DNA of 64,000 bases, from IMG/VR virus record IMGVR_UViG_3300046003_003664. The stretch is one strand, 5' to 3'. Within the stretch, counting starts at the first letter, position 1, and every line of letters starts with the position of its first letter. The notes below the pieces were generated by a model. That model had not been told where the DNA came from. It was given only the letters and a program-made list of their open reading frames with translations, and made no database searches. The stretch is from an uncultured virus (IMG/VR IMGVR_UViG_3300046003_003664). Its lineage: Duplodnaviria; Heunggongvirae; Uroviricota; Caudoviricetes. The translations under genes were made by a program, and so were the position numbers. Below are positions 7,801-18,905 of the stretch, in pieces.

Positions 7801-8187
7801 TCAAACTTTTTCAACTTTTTCAAAATAAAATTTCTTTAGAAGCCATTTTACTTTCATTGGCACCACGAACCATTCTTCATACTTTGCCTGTTTCCAAGGC
7901 ACGGTAGAAACAATCCAAGACGGACCATCGAAGTACAGAATAGTATGCATATCTGCAAGTCCTTTTACTTGTTGTTTTAGTGTATTCCAACGAATACTTT
8001 TTGTAGTCCACAACAGTCTGGCATATTCTTGAACTGAAGGGTGCATGAACTCGTAGTAAAAATCTTTTGCTTTCTGATTGTCGGCAGTGATATATTCATC
8101 GCCGATATCAATTGGTTCTGATTTGAACAATTGCCTTTCTACTCGCATTTGAGTAGGACCTACGATAAGTTTATATTTTGGTTTCAT
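7801..8187 (-). CDS. hypothetical protein
   Basis: ORF coupled to the upstream gene (ATGA overlap). Confidence 0.65.
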   Translation of the reverse strand: MKPKYKLIVGPTQMRVERQLFKSEPIDIGDEYITADNQKAKDFYYEFMHPSVQEYARLLWTTKSIRWNTLKQQVKGLADMHTILYFDGPSWIVSTVPWKQAKYEEWFVVPMKVKWLLKKFYFEKVEKV

Positions 8188-8603
8188 TTACCAAGTGTCC
8201 CAGCATATTTTACAACTAGTGGAATCGAGTCAGTATATGCCTCTTGTTCCCACCAACGGTCATCATATGGAGTATCCCAGCAGGTGTGAATCCAGTGGTT
8301 CAAGTTATCTTTCAGAAATTGTTTCACGTGGATCATTTCATGTGCAATGGTCGTGCACATACAACCGATATCTCGATCTTTTTCCTTGACGAATACAAGA
8401 AATTCATCTTCGGTTACATCAAGACAAAGACCAAGAGTTCCATCATTCATTTCATAGGGAACAATAGTAACTTTTGCGGGTCTAATATCAAGTTCAACAC
8501 ACAAAAACTGTGCAAACTTTTCAAAAAACTTAGGATAGCTAGTTTCTGCTTTGATAACGGTCATTGGGTCAAGGTATCCAGATTTTCTTGAATGAAGAAC
8601 CAA
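8184..8603 (-). CDS. putative zinc metallopeptidase (HEXXH); start probably near 8564
   Basis: TIAHEMIHVKQ...WWEQEA. Confidence 0.65.
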   Translation of the reverse strand: MVLHSRKSGYLDPMTVIKAETSYPKFFEKFAQFLCVELDIRPAKVTIVPYEMNDGTLGLCLDVTEDEFLVFVKEKDRDIGCMCTTIAHEMIHVKQFLKDNLNHWIHTCWDTPYDDRWWEQEAYTDSIPLVVKYAGTLGK

Positions 8604-9142
8604 ATTTGACGGCGAGTTTGCAGTTGATCTTTGATATACTGCATGTAAATGGTGTTTCGGGTCTTGTTGATGTTTAGACCTTCGATCCCGACAGTCAACT
8701 TGCCGACAATATCAAAGATACGACCCTGAGTCGCATTCTTGATAATGAAATTCGTGATACCTTTGATTCCGGTGTTGCGGATACTTTTGCCGCGGAAACA
8801 ACCGGTGACATCATAACCTTCAGCCTCGAGAGTTTCACGAAGTTCACGTGCAAGCCGAAGTGCAGGGTTCATATTCAGGTTTTCAACACGATCGGTTTCC
8901 GACCATTCAGAGATACCGGTATTCATCAAGCGAGTCACAAAGGCCGAACCGAACTGATATTCAGTAGAAGGGTTGTTTGCGGCACCTCGAACTGCATACT
9001 TTGCACTGTTATATGCACCGTTCAAGGTTGCAGAGTAGTTCCTCTGACCTTTGTTCGTGAACATATTGTTTACAGCAATGTGAGCAAGCTTCAGTCGCTT
9101 GTTGCGGTAGATGATGACTTGTTGCAGGTCAAGATTTGTCAT
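8561..9142 (-). CDS. hypothetical protein
   Basis: 193 aa ORF with GAGG RBS after promoter 9171-9199. Confidence 0.7.
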   Translation of the reverse strand: MTNLDLQQVIIYRNKRLKLAHIAVNNMFTNKGQRNYSATLNGAYNSAKYAVRGAANNPSTEYQFGSAFVTRLMNTGISEWSETDRVENLNMNPALRLARELRETLEAEGYDVTGCFRGKSIRNTGIKGITNFIIKNATQGRIFDIVGKLTVGIEGLNINKTRNTIYMQYIKDQLQTRRQIWFFIQENLDTLTQ

Positions 9143-9165
9143 TGGTTCCTCAGTGTTACCTTATA

Positions 9166-9199
9166 GAATCAGTATAAACAATTTAAACCTGTTTGTCAA
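9166..9199 (-). promoter_or_regulatory. sigma70-type early promoter (class B, TATACT-GATTC)
   Basis: TTGACA-17-TATACTGATTCTATAAGG; near-identical copies at 10042, 11283, 16227, 17631, 18186, 22756, 26632, 29703, 38322, 40475 and 42407. Confidence 0.85.
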
Positions 9200-9407
9200 C
9201 ACTAATTTTCAAGTTCTTCCGTTGTAATTTCAAAAATTCTATCGGCACGATATACGATCATACAGTTTTCATCCGATATATTTGTGTGAAAAATGACGTG
9301 CTGTGGTGCCCATGTGATCTTCCAAAATGGAACTGTCTCAATATATTGCTTTGCAAGAATTGTCGCAGTCGCATGATCATCTCGGGCAAGAGTGATATTT
9401 GCAAGTT

Positions 9408-9695
9408 TCATTTGGCATATTTCCTGTGATTTTTGATGTTCCATTTTTCAATCGTATATCCATTATCGGTTTCATCGGTGACAACATGAACTACGGAACC
9501 TTTGACTAGAGCTCGACGAGTTTCTTGACCAAAAGGTCCGACAAAGATCAAGTGAGGAAAATGTACATTTTTGCCACCATGTGCAGGAGTATGGAGTACA
9601 TATTCAGGATTTTCAATATACTCGAATGTGTGACCACAATAACGCTCGACAAAGGAGCCAGAAATAGAAATAACACCGAGAGGCGCGTAAGCCAT
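9408..9695 (-). CDS. hypothetical protein
   Basis: GAGGAG RBS. Confidence 0.6.
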   Translation of the reverse strand: MAYAPLGVISISGSFVERYCGHTFEYIENPEYVLHTPAHGGKNVHFPHLIFVGPFGQETRRALVKGSVVHVVTDETDNGYTIEKWNIKNHRKYAK

Positions 9696-9705
9696 TGTTT
9701 TCTCC

Positions 9706-9915
9706 TCAGAGAGTTTCGAGACGGAAGTACCAAGTTTTCAGATTCTGTGAAAACCCGGAATCTGCTCGTTCACCGCAATGTCGATATGCTTTTGCAAGAC
9801 GAAGACAAGCAAGTTCAGAACCAAATGCATATAGTGCACCACCTAGTGATTGAACATCGAGAGTTTCTTTAGTGTGATTCTCAAATTCAGTCTTTGCACG
9901 GTTTATGTTTATCAT
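9706..9915 (-). CDS. hypothetical protein
   Basis: GAGG RBS. Confidence 0.55.
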   Translation of the reverse strand: MININRAKTEFENHTKETLDVQSLGGALYAFGSELACLRLAKAYRHCGERADSGFSQNLKTWYFRLETL

Positions 9916-10260
9916 GCAGTTTCCTCTTCTTCTGCGTCAGTATTATCACCGTCAGGGAAATGAATTGCATACCAGTCATGCTCATCGTAGACATCATACT
10001 CGTAATCTTCGTTCATCTGGTTTCCTCTACCTTATAGAATCAGTATAAACTATTTAAAAGCATTTGTCAACAATATTTTTGTACCATTTACTCTCTTGAG
10101 GGTCTATTCCACTGGATAGTTCATGAATATATTGATGAACTGCTACATTCATATGTTTCTCAATAAGGTTTTCTATATTCAATACATGAGTTGTAAGTCT
10201 CATACTTGGGAGCAGTGGAAGTTTTTTGTAGGTAAATGGGTCTCTATAACCTAATTCCAT

Positions 10261-11157
10261 TTACCTACCTTCATACTTTTCAAGGACGGACTTTAGTTCA
10301 GCAACAAGCCGTTCTACCGGAACATCGCGTTTGACAGCTTGATCCAGAGAACCATAGTGCTGTTCTAGACAAGTCATAAGAAGATCCTTGATAGCATCTT
10401 CGTCCGGCACATGCCGAAGGGTTGACTTGGTATAAAGTTCTTCAAGATGTTTCTCCTTAGCATCAAACCAGCTCCGGAGTTTCTCTTCACTCCAGTCACC
10501 ACGACGAACTGCTTTCAGGACTTCAGCATTTCGTTCAATGTCAAGATCATGCTCCATCAAGATCTGTTCACCCTCAAGAGCAAGACGAATAACATGATAA
10601 GCAAACTTAAGATCCATGCCGTGTTTTTCGATGTCAGCTTGGCGCTTAGGATTGGAACTATTTGACTTCGTGCCGATCTTGTGCAATTGAGCATAAGCAT
10701 ATCCGCGGAACTTGTGATACGAATTCTTTGTCAAGAATAGTTTGCGGTTATCACGGACAATCTGAGCAACAGTAGAGCAATACAAAACACACCGTTGTGG
10801 AGTAAACAGAATGTCAACCATATTCGGATTATTTTCCATTGCAAGTTGAAAAAACTTCACGATTGAATAGATACTGAAGTCGTATTCTTGACGAGATTCA
10901 TTATCCATGATGTGATGTTCCTGCCATAATTCAAATCGTTTGTGTTGTAAACCAAAACCAGGAATCTCACCACGAAGGTGCGGGAAGATGTCATCTTTTG
11001 GTGGCATACAAAAACCAACAACATCCATATCAGAAGTGTCTGAACTTACAGCATAGCTGACAGAACCGGTGATCACTTCATAGTGAATGTTTTGAGGTAG
11101 CCACCTTGGCGGACTGATAAGTCCCTTCTGTTTCATTAGTTGTACACGTGATGCCAT
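10261..11157 (-). CDS. Pol-beta superfamily nucleotidyltransferase (RlaP/Nuc-transf-like)
   Basis: GSVSYAVSSDTSDMDVVG motif, NPN, YAYAQL, K.AYH.IRL. Confidence 0.8.
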   Translation of the reverse strand: MASRVQLMKQKGLISPPRWLPQNIHYEVITGSVSYAVSSDTSDMDVVGFCMPPKDDIFPHLRGEIPGFGLQHKRFELWQEHHIMDNESRQEYDFSIYSIVKFFQLAMENNPNMVDILFTPQRCVLYCSTVAQIVRDNRKLFLTKNSYHKFRGYAYAQLHKIGTKSNSSNPKRQADIEKHGMDLKFAYHVIRLALEGEQILMEHDLDIERNAEVLKAVRRGDWSEEKLRSWFDAKEKHLEELYTKSTLRHVPDEDAIKDLLMTCLEQHYGSLDQAVKRDVPVERLVAELKSVLEKYEGR

Positions 11158-11299
11158 TTTATATTCCTTTAGAGACTAAGTACGTAGATGATCATGCCGA
11201 AAGCAAAAGCAGTAGCTGCAATCAAAGCAATGTCAGAAAGATCAATCTTAAGCATATTAGGTTCCTTTCACCTTATAGAATCAGTATATACTATTAAGA

Positions 11300-11662
11300 T
11301 CACAAAGTCAACTGTATTTTTATCAAAATATTTTGGCCGAGTTCATCATTTGCACCAAATAGTCGATCTGCAAGATATTTCAGTTCTTCCTCGGTAAAAT
11401 CAAGTTTTGGTTTACTTGGTTTCATAGGATATATTTTTGACATAATTTTCTGTCGATCACCAAATGACGGAAAATGACTCATATACTTCGAGTATTCACG
11501 GGAGGCAGCAAAAGACAAATTGGGTTCTTCGGTAATTCCTGTTTCTATAGCACGCCGTCGACATTCATCTTGAATGCGATGTGTGTCTTTCCAATTCCAC
11601 GGAAGACCCGGCCATATATCTCGATCACAAAGTCTTTTGTCGGTTGATTTAATTGATACCAT
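11300..11662 (-). CDS. hypothetical protein
   Basis: ORF in operon context. Confidence 0.55.
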   Translation of the reverse strand: MVSIKSTDKRLCDRDIWPGLPWNWKDTHRIQDECRRRAIETGITEEPNLSFAASREYSKYMSHFPSFGDRQKIMSKIYPMKPSKPKLDFTEEELKYLADRLFGANDELGQNILIKIQLTL

Positions 11663-12113
11663 AAAACACCTTCATCATCTTTTCTTCGAGTTCATATGCT
11701 TCAATTTCCCACGGGAGTTTGTCATAGTCATCTTTATAGACTACACCAAACCACTTGCGACCGTGATCTAGTCGACCATCCACGTATTGTTTGACATGCA
11801 CTAGTTCATGAAACAGTGTCCGAATAATATCTTTCTGTGACAGTCTTTTTGCAATGGTGACTATAACTTCATCTTCATCATAATCACAGAAACCATACTG
11901 GTGTTTTTCAAGTCTCTCGAACTCAATCACGATGTCGTTATTCAAGTCAAGATAAGAACAAGCAAAAGAGACCGCGGTGTCTAGCAACACGGTCTCGATT
12001 CGTTTGGATTTGTTTACTACTTCGTAAAACATAGTTTTGTTATAAACTGATTTTACTTTCAACTTCTTGTTTGCCGCGAGTTGCCCACTCAAGAATTTGC
12101 TCAGTAGTACCAC
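11649..12113 (-). CDS. putative zinc metallopeptidase (HEXXH); start probably near 12032
   Basis: TLFHELVHVKQ...LPWEIEA; paralog of 8184-8603. Confidence 0.65.
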   Translation of the reverse strand: MVLLSKFLSGQLAANKKLKVKSVYNKTMFYEVVNKSKRIETVLLDTAVSFACSYLDLNNDIVIEFERLEKHQYGFCDYDEDEVIVTIAKRLSQKDIIRTLFHELVHVKQYVDGRLDHGRKWFGVVYKDDYDKLPWEIEAYELEEKMMKVFYGIN

Positions 12114-12465
12114 CTAGAATTGCTTTCACAAGAAGAAAGTTAAGTCCCGCGTCTAGAACTTTATCTTTCATACCAGGTCCCATTTCTACTTCAATATCAG
12201 CAGAACCGTCAATATTTTCATTGACACAAGTTATAGTAAACGTGTTGGCTGGCAAATTCTTGGTACCTAGCACCGTATCAATTCGAGCCTTGTTTTCTGC
12301 ATAGTAGTTTTCATATTCACTTGGTACACTGTAATATTCAATCACTCGAAGTATCGAAAGAATCATATCACTATCTTTATCTTTTTCGTCGAGTCTAAGA
12401 AGTGTTTCGACTCCCTCTTTAAGTACAGTAATTACTAGTCTGTCGAGTGCAAGTTCTCTATTCAT
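12040..12465 (-). CDS. hypothetical protein
   Basis: GGAG RBS; 141 aa. Confidence 0.65.
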   Translation of the reverse strand: MNRELALDRLVITVLKEGVETLLRLDEKDKDSDMILSILRVIEYYSVPSEYENYYAENKARIDTVLGTKNLPANTFTITCVNENIDGSADIEVEMGPGMKDKVLDAGLNFLLVKAILGGTTEQILEWATRGKQEVESKISL

Positions 12466-12544
12466 GATATAGTCTCCATTAGTCAGTTGATACTTGGTTC
12501 ACTTAGTATGATTTTATCTAAAACCCATAACGGGCTTTGTGCTA

Positions 12545-13933
12545 TCAGGCGGCTGTCAACTCAGTAAGGTCCTTGGTGAATTGATCCTTGGGTGTTGTTT
12601 TTGACCAATACACAAGTTCCTTTTGAGCATCTTTGATTTCAGTTTCAAGTTGCTTGACCATTTCAGCAGTCAAACTCAGAATGTTGATCCGAAGCAGTCG
12701 ATCAATATCATCTTGAATTGCATCGGTGGTTTCAAAGATCTGTTTTGCAACTTCATCCTTTTTCTTGTTCTTGAACTTGATTTTATCCTCAAGAACAGCT
12801 TGGATAAATTGCATTTTGACAGTCAACCAACGGGCAAGTTCTGTTGTTTCAACCTTCCGTAGGTCAATCCGTTTTTGAAGAATAGTTGTGCGATAATCGC
12901 AGAAGTCACGGACCAGATTTCGTTCATCGTCATATTCTTTCAGTTTACCACGACTATCAATAACAGTCAAGTTTTCACTGAATGGTTTTGCCAGTTTGAA
13001 AGCAGAGATGATTTTTTGGTCGTCCCAGTTTGCAGATGTATTCTGTTTCAGTTTGACTTCGAACTTGAAGCCAGTCTTGTCACAGAGATCATCATATCCG
13101 ACAATGTCGCCTTTTTCTTCTAGTTTATCCAGAACCTCGACATACCCTTCACGATCATAACCGTATGGGACCTCAGTGATTAGCAGAACTGTCTTGCCCT
13201 TCCGTTCGAAGATACCATTACAATAGTAACGGTTTTCGTCGGCATTATATGTCACGGTTCCTTTGAAGTCTGGAAACTTGATCTTGACTTTGGATTTGAT
13301 GTCTCCAGTTTTAATGTATTCTTGGCATGCACGGACAAGATCATCTGGATCACGCGGTAGAATATTTGTTGCAAAACCAGTGGCAATACCTTTGACACCA
13401 TTGGCAAGAACCAGAGGGATCACAGGAACATAGAACGAAGGTGGTTCGTGTTCAGGATCGTCGTGCACAGGAGCAAGATCAATGTCCTTGATGTACCTAT
13501 TGAAGTTCTTGTGGAGACGTGTGTAGGTATAGCGGGCCGCGGCTGCAGACTGAACTAGACGAGTTCCAAATGATCCTCGACCTTCGACAAGACAGATGTT
13601 GTTAGACCAATCAGCTGCCATTAGTTGACCGGCACCAGCAGCAGAACTTTCACCGTGTGCATACCCGTAATCGCTTAACACACCTGAAACAGCACTGACT
13701 TTTTTAAATTCGGTCTTGCTATTCTTGATAGATGAATACAGATAAAAGCGATTTACGGGTTTCATACCGTCAATCATACTTGGAATAGCTCTAGCCTCTA
13801 CTGTATAAAGAGCAAATTGTAACCACTCGTTACGAGCAACCTTGGAGATAGGATATTCCCGAATCATTGATTTAGCCTTTTTACCATTTGATTCTACTGT
13901 ATCACCATCAAAGAAATTTGTCAACCCACTCAT
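12545..13933 (-). CDS. 52: DNA topoisomerase II medium subunit (GyrA/ParC-like)
   Basis: RAIPSMIDGMKP, YAHGE, GSFG, AAAARYT catalytic Tyr. Confidence 0.95.
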   Translation of the reverse strand: MSGLTNFFDGDTVESNGKKAKSMIREYPISKVARNEWLQFALYTVEARAIPSMIDGMKPVNRFYLYSSIKNSKTEFKKVSAVSGVLSDYGYAHGESSAAGAGQLMAADWSNNICLVEGRGSFGTRLVQSAAAARYTYTRLHKNFNRYIKDIDLAPVHDDPEHEPPSFYVPVIPLVLANGVKGIATGFATNILPRDPDDLVRACQEYIKTGDIKSKVKIKFPDFKGTVTYNADENRYYCNGIFERKGKTVLLITEVPYGYDREGYVEVLDKLEEKGDIVGYDDLCDKTGFKFEVKLKQNTSANWDDQKIISAFKLAKPFSENLTVIDSRGKLKEYDDERNLVRDFCDYRTTILQKRIDLRKVETTELARWLTVKMQFIQAVLEDKIKFKNKKKDEVAKQIFETTDAIQDDIDRLLRINILSLTAEMVKQLETEIKDAQKELVYWSKTTPKDQFTKDLTELTAA

Positions 13934-14145
13934 TTATTCTTTTCCTTTCGGTCATAGTAATAATTAACGGCAATCTTGGTTGTAAACTCAAGCAACAATG
14001 ACATCGATGTTGCAAAACCGTAAACAATGGCCGCTACAATAAACAATAGATGAATCGGAATTGCAGGATGGACAATAATGACTACACCCAAGGTAAGTGC
14101 ATACATTAATAGCTCAGATAGAATAAAGATAATTGACTTTTTCAT
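13930..14145 (-). CDS. small membrane protein
   Basis: Two hydrophobic segments; coupled between the topoisomerase genes. Confidence 0.6.
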   Translation of the reverse strand: MKKSIIFILSELLMYALTLGVVIIVHPAIPIHLLFIVAAIVYGFATSMSLLLEFTTKIAVNYYYDRKEKNK

Positions 14146-15974
14146 TTTGTCATGATTTCCTTTCGAAGAGATACGTCATTACCAAACATGATCTGAAAGT
14201 AATTTGCATCATCAATTGTTACAGTATCAAGGACCGGATCATTGATAACACGGTCATATTCTGATTCGGTCAATGATCCCAAGCCTTTGATATATCGGTG
14301 TGTGTAACCTTTGCAATCAGATTTAAATTCTGTTGCATCATCATATGTAAAGAACCACTTGACATCTTTACCATTTGTTGAGATCATGATCGGTGAACGG
14401 GTAATATGAATACGCTTTTCGGTCAAGAGACGTGGCCAAAACTTGTAAAAGAAGGCCACAATCAATGGTGAAATATGTCCAGCGCCGTCGTGATCCGCAT
14501 CAGTCAATGTTGCCACACCACGATACGTCATGTTGTCTACACTGTTCGGATCATTGATATCAAGACCAAGGATTGCAACAAGTTCACCTAGTTCCTTGTT
14601 TTTAAGAACATCGGACGGTTTCATATCCCAAGTGTTCATGATAACACCACGAAGTGGATATGCGCCGATCTTTGAAGCATCACGAACTTTCAGAAGGAAC
14701 CCCATAGCAGAGTCACCCTCGACAAGGGCAAGAAGTGCATTGACATTATTTGCCGAGATATGTTTGGCAACCTTGACCTTTTTGAGTTTCTTCTGAGCAA
14801 CAATAGAGTCGCGCCGATCATCTGCCATCTTTTTGGCAAGTTGTGCAGCAATAATTGGTTCAATAATATCCGTTGCAGCAAAGATCCGCTTGGCAATATG
14901 CTTGAAGTCATGAACATCGGTAGTCTCATGATGTTCTTTGATGTTTGACAGTGGATTGGTCAGACGTTCCTTGGTCTGGCTATCAAACTTTGGATTGACA
15001 AAATTCTTTGCAAACAGAACAAATGTCAAACCATTCTTGATAACACTCTTGGAAACCTCGACCTTGTGCTTTTTCTTGATAAGTGCTAGAACCTCATCAA
15101 TCACGTTATTCACGAGGTATTCTACATAGGTTCCACCTTGGCGTGTATTCACGCCATTAATGAAACTATTGGTGCGGAAACCATCAACAGACGATGCAAA
15201 GAAGAAGGACAGATTTTCTGATTTCTCAATGATAACCGAAGCACCTTCTTCTGAAAACATTTCAGCATAGCGCTTCATGTCACGGACTTGAATCCGCTTC
15301 TTGTTAAACGAGAATGTGATTTCAGGGAAAGCCATTTGAAGGCTGATCAGTCGATCCTCGACTAGCTGGATGGTGTCAAGGTCGCTGATCGAGTCAACTT
15401 CAAATAGTAAAAAATCAGGAATGAAAGACACTTCAGTTCCAGAGCCAGTTTTGGCTTTGTGTTTGACTTTGGTTTTAAGACCACCTTCAGTGCAAAGCAC
15501 CTCTAGCATATTTCCATTCTGCCATGTTCGCCCCACGAACTCTGTTGACAGGAAGTTGGTCGCAGAGGAACCTACACCATTTGTGCCGATGGTCACTCGG
15601 CTATCATCAAACGATGTGCCAGCATTGACTCGGGTCCAAGCGGCGACCGGCCGGAGAATTTTCTCGTTGGTAACAGAGTCATGAATTTCCTCTTGAGGAA
15701 TACCACGACCATTATCAGTCACCATCACCCAGTTTCCGTCAATGGAAACATCAATCTTGTTTGCATATTGGAAATTGGTACGGATTGCTTCATCAATCGA
15801 GTTGTCGAGGATTTCATCAATCATCTTGGAAAGTGCAGGAACATAAACTGCAGTCTTCCATTTACCAAGTACAAAACGGTCAACATCTTCCCGAGCTGCC
15901 GACCCCATGTACATACCGATTCGTTCGCGCACGTGTTCACGCGGCGTAAGAATTTTGAATTGTTCTTTTGCCAT
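14142..15974 (-). CDS. 39: DNA topoisomerase II large subunit (uninterrupted gp39+60)
   Basis: EILDNSIDE, DNGRGIP, GTNGVG, EGDSA, PLRG, TDADHDG, YIKGLGS. Confidence 0.95.
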   Translation of the reverse strand: MAKEQFKILTPREHVRERIGMYMGSAAREDVDRFVLGKWKTAVYVPALSKMIDEILDNSIDEAIRTNFQYANKIDVSIDGNWVMVTDNGRGIPQEEIHDSVTNEKILRPVAAWTRVNAGTSFDDSRVTIGTNGVGSSATNFLSTEFVGRTWQNGNMLEVLCTEGGLKTKVKHKAKTGSGTEVSFIPDFLLFEVDSISDLDTIQLVEDRLISLQMAFPEITFSFNKKRIQVRDMKRYAEMFSEEGASVIIEKSENLSFFFASSVDGFRTNSFINGVNTRQGGTYVEYLVNNVIDEVLALIKKKHKVEVSKSVIKNGLTFVLFAKNFVNPKFDSQTKERLTNPLSNIKEHHETTDVHDFKHIAKRIFAATDIIEPIIAAQLAKKMADDRRDSIVAQKKLKKVKVAKHISANNVNALLALVEGDSAMGFLLKVRDASKIGAYPLRGVIMNTWDMKPSDVLKNKELGELVAILGLDINDPNSVDNMTYRGVATLTDADHDGAGHISPLIVAFFYKFWPRLLTEKRIHITRSPIMISTNGKDVKWFFTYDDATEFKSDCKGYTHRYIKGLGSLTESEYDRVINDPVLDTVTIDDANYFQIMFGNDVSLRKEIMTK

Positions 15975-16878
15975 TCAGGTTCTCTTACTTGTTTTTATTT
16001 TTCTGTGTATTACGAAAGTCACTGCGAGCCTGCGCAAGGCGCTCTCGACTTCCGCTTGCTGCCTCATTGGCATCAGCACCAGCTGGTTCGATAGTGTGAA
16101 CACCTTTGGTACGGATAAATTCGTTAATTAGAGCACGATCTTCAGGAGGAAGAGCATCTCCGCGAGATGTGGAGAATCCGCCATTCAATGTAGTCATAAT
16201 TTAGTTCCTTTCCATTTCATAGAATCAGTATAAACCATTCCGTATGATATGTCAACCAGAATGTTTTGGTAAAATAGTCAAATAATGACCACTTGACCAA
16301 AACATTCTTTACGAAGTTGGGCTTTTTCATCACGACGGACGGCTTTCTTGGTTCTGCCGTGTGCACCCTGCTTTTTACCAATAAGGTGCTGAACGAAAGG
16401 ATTTCGTTCTTTTTTGAGTTTTACTTGTTTAGTCTTCATAACTTCCTCCTACAAAAGAATTATTTATTTACACCACGAAATGCCCATATGATGAAGAATA
16501 TCACGAGCCAACATCACTTCGCCAGCATGTTCGCCTTGTTCGAATGCGTCATCTACATTTCCACCAGCATAGTCATTAATACACTTGTCTTCATCTTCTA
16601 CGTCATAGTAGCATTCTTTGCGGGCAAACTTTTTCAACCGCTCAATAATTTTACTATCCATTACCATTCTCCACGATTTAGTTCTTCTTCCGTAAATTGG
16701 CCGCCCGAGCGATCAGGATTTATTTGCCACCCCATATCGCTGTTGCTTTCACGAAGGCGTTTAATTTCACCGACTGCTCGTGACAGTAAAAGATAAAGTT
16801 CGGCGCCAGACATCGTGTTACGGATGCCGCCCTCGATCTCAGCAACGGCACTAGAAAGATCTTGTAGAATATCAGGCA

Positions 16879-17268
16879 TTAGATCAACTCCTTGAACTTT
16901 TCTTTCAACCGCAAGAACTCAGCATATTCAGCGTCAGCCTTCAACTTCTTAGCTTCAGCAGTAGCTTTACGTTTGGCAGAGGCAGCCTCTTTGCGTTTGG
17001 CTTCAGCATTTTCACGAGCAAAGGTTTCCTTTTCGGTTTCAACACGCTCAAATTCGTAAGTGATAACCAACTCATAATCATTACTATAATAGATGGCGCA
17101 GCTTTCAAAATCAAAGCGGCCTTCACCGACCATACCTTTGGCATTTGCAGCTTCAACTACTGAGTCGATATATGCTTTCACACCATCGGCGGTAGTTTCA
17201 AAACTGTACCGATCACAGTTGATTTTGTCATAGTTCACATAGATACCGTTTTCGTTCTTGCGGCTCAT
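16879..17268 (-). CDS. hypothetical protein
   Basis: GAGG RBS; 129 aa. Confidence 0.65.
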   Translation of the reverse strand: MSRKNENGIYVNYDKINCDRYSFETTADGVKAYIDSVVEAANAKGMVGEGRFDFESCAIYYSNDYELVITYEFERVETEKETFARENAEAKRKEAASAKRKATAEAKKLKADAEYAEFLRLKEKFKELI

Positions 17269-17283
17269 TTTATATTTCCTCTA

Positions 17284-17601
17284 TCAGCGATTACGAACAA
17301 ACGAAGTCATGCGAGTGAAAGCCCCATCATAATACAAGTCACCACCAGTAAGATAGTCCATTTCAGTGTATCCATAGCGGTCGACACCGTCGCCGCAGCC
17401 GACATATTCACCATCGGCATCAAAGCAGGAGTATCCGTAAGAGTCAAATCCTTCGTCGTCGTAGTTGTCATACATTGTTTTTTCGTTATACGAGTCTTTG
17501 TTCCACTCGGTCGGGACTTCCCCATAGCAGTTGAACTTGAACATATCATATCCAGGTTCATTAGCGTGAGGGCAAAGAGGTGAGTATTTTCCAGTGCTCA
17601 T
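17284..17601 (-). CDS. acidic Gly/Tyr/Asp-rich hypothetical protein
   Basis: YDDEGFDSYGY / GVDRYGY repeats; follows a class B promoter. Confidence 0.65.
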   Translation of the reverse strand: MSTGKYSPLCPHANEPGYDMFKFNCYGEVPTEWNKDSYNEKTMYDNYDDEGFDSYGYSCFDADGEYVGCGDGVDRYGYTEMDYLTGGDLYYDGAFTRMTSFVRNR

Positions 17602-18310
17602 GTCGATATTCCTTTATACCTTATAGAATCAGTATAAACTATTTGAAAGCATTTGTCAACAATTATTCTGCAATCGTTCCAATGCGAAGGAGACTGACAT
17701 TGCTTACACCCTCTGTATCAGAACTCAATGTTCCCATGATACGATTAGTAAATAGTCCACGATCTTTATTGCTATAGGTGCCTTCCATGATAAACTTATC
17801 AGTCCCGCCGCCATGCCAATGGACTTCAATCTCAAGAATACCAAACACTTTCTTGTCGGTGTAGTTCCAATCTTCCCAAACTATATGTTCAATTTTCATT
17901 ATTTTACAGTCTCCAAAGGATAGTTTGATCCGTAGGTTTTCATTGCAGATTCACGAGAAATTCGGTGAAGTGTTTCTTTCAACCACATACCTTGTCGAAA
18001 CAATTTCTCATGCCCTGGTTTGATTGACACGTTGTAGTTTGCATCTCGAAGGATTGCTCGGATTTCAGGAGAAAATGAATCAAACAAGTCCATTGACTCT
18101 TGTCTTGTACGTTTGACTTCGGGTTTGTCAACTGCGATGTAACCGTTGCTATTGATTGTCATCTGTTCCTCTACCTTATAGAATCAGTATATACTATTTG
18201 AAAGCAAATGTCAACCAACAAAAGTCTCTTTATAACGACATTAATGGTTGACATTATCTTAACACGTGGTATAATTGGATTATCATCCATAATATAAAAG
18301 AGTACTGATT

Positions 18311-18655
18311 CTATAGTAGTTTCAGAGAACCAGTAATAGGAAGTAGTTCCTCATGAGAGGCAGGACCTACTGCGATGCAAGTATTCGTCGGCACATTATT
18401 AAATTCGGTTCTTCCTGCATCAGTGATGAGTGCAGTAATAAGACCTGCTTCTTTAGCTTTATTCATAATTTCAAATAGTTCTTCTTCTGAATTTACCGAA
18501 ACGGCAATTTTGGTGAATGGACCTGATAGCCATTCCTTCACGTTCGGATGTTCAAGATTTTCAAGCGTAGCTTTCATGCTTGCATGAGCACCTTGTGCTA
18601 TTTGTTTTCCCAAACGCATATTCAGGTCTTTTCTCATTACAATAATTTGTTTCAT
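18311..18655 (-). CDS. pth2: peptidyl-tRNA hydrolase type 2
   Basis: KQIIVMRKDLNM..GK..AQGAHA, DAGRTEF, TCIAVGP. Confidence 0.92.
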   Translation of the reverse strand: MKQIIVMRKDLNMRLGKQIAQGAHASMKATLENLEHPNVKEWLSGPFTKIAVSVNSEEELFEIMNKAKEAGLITALITDAGRTEFNNVPTNTCIAVGPASHEELLPITGSLKLL

Positions 18656-18905
18656 TTCTTTTCAAACCTATTTGGTAAAAGTTCAAACGTATCGGTATCA
18701 AACATATATGATTTAACATCGACTGGTACTGCATATTTTATTGCTGTTCTATGAATAACCATAGGATGAGTCAAATGTTCTTTCAACTTTTTATGAAGAA
18801 AGTTCAAATTTTGTAAATCATCTGTATAGTTTGATGATGAAATGGTTCCTTCGGATACAAACTTACCGTCTTTGTCTAGGAACCTAAAATCTAATCTTAG
18901 TGACA

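Noticed and set aside
12545..15974. Intron, intein or gene 60-type ribosomal bypass in the topoisomerase genes
   Set aside because: Both ORFs are continuous and of normal length; overlapping plus-strand ORFs are antisense shadows.
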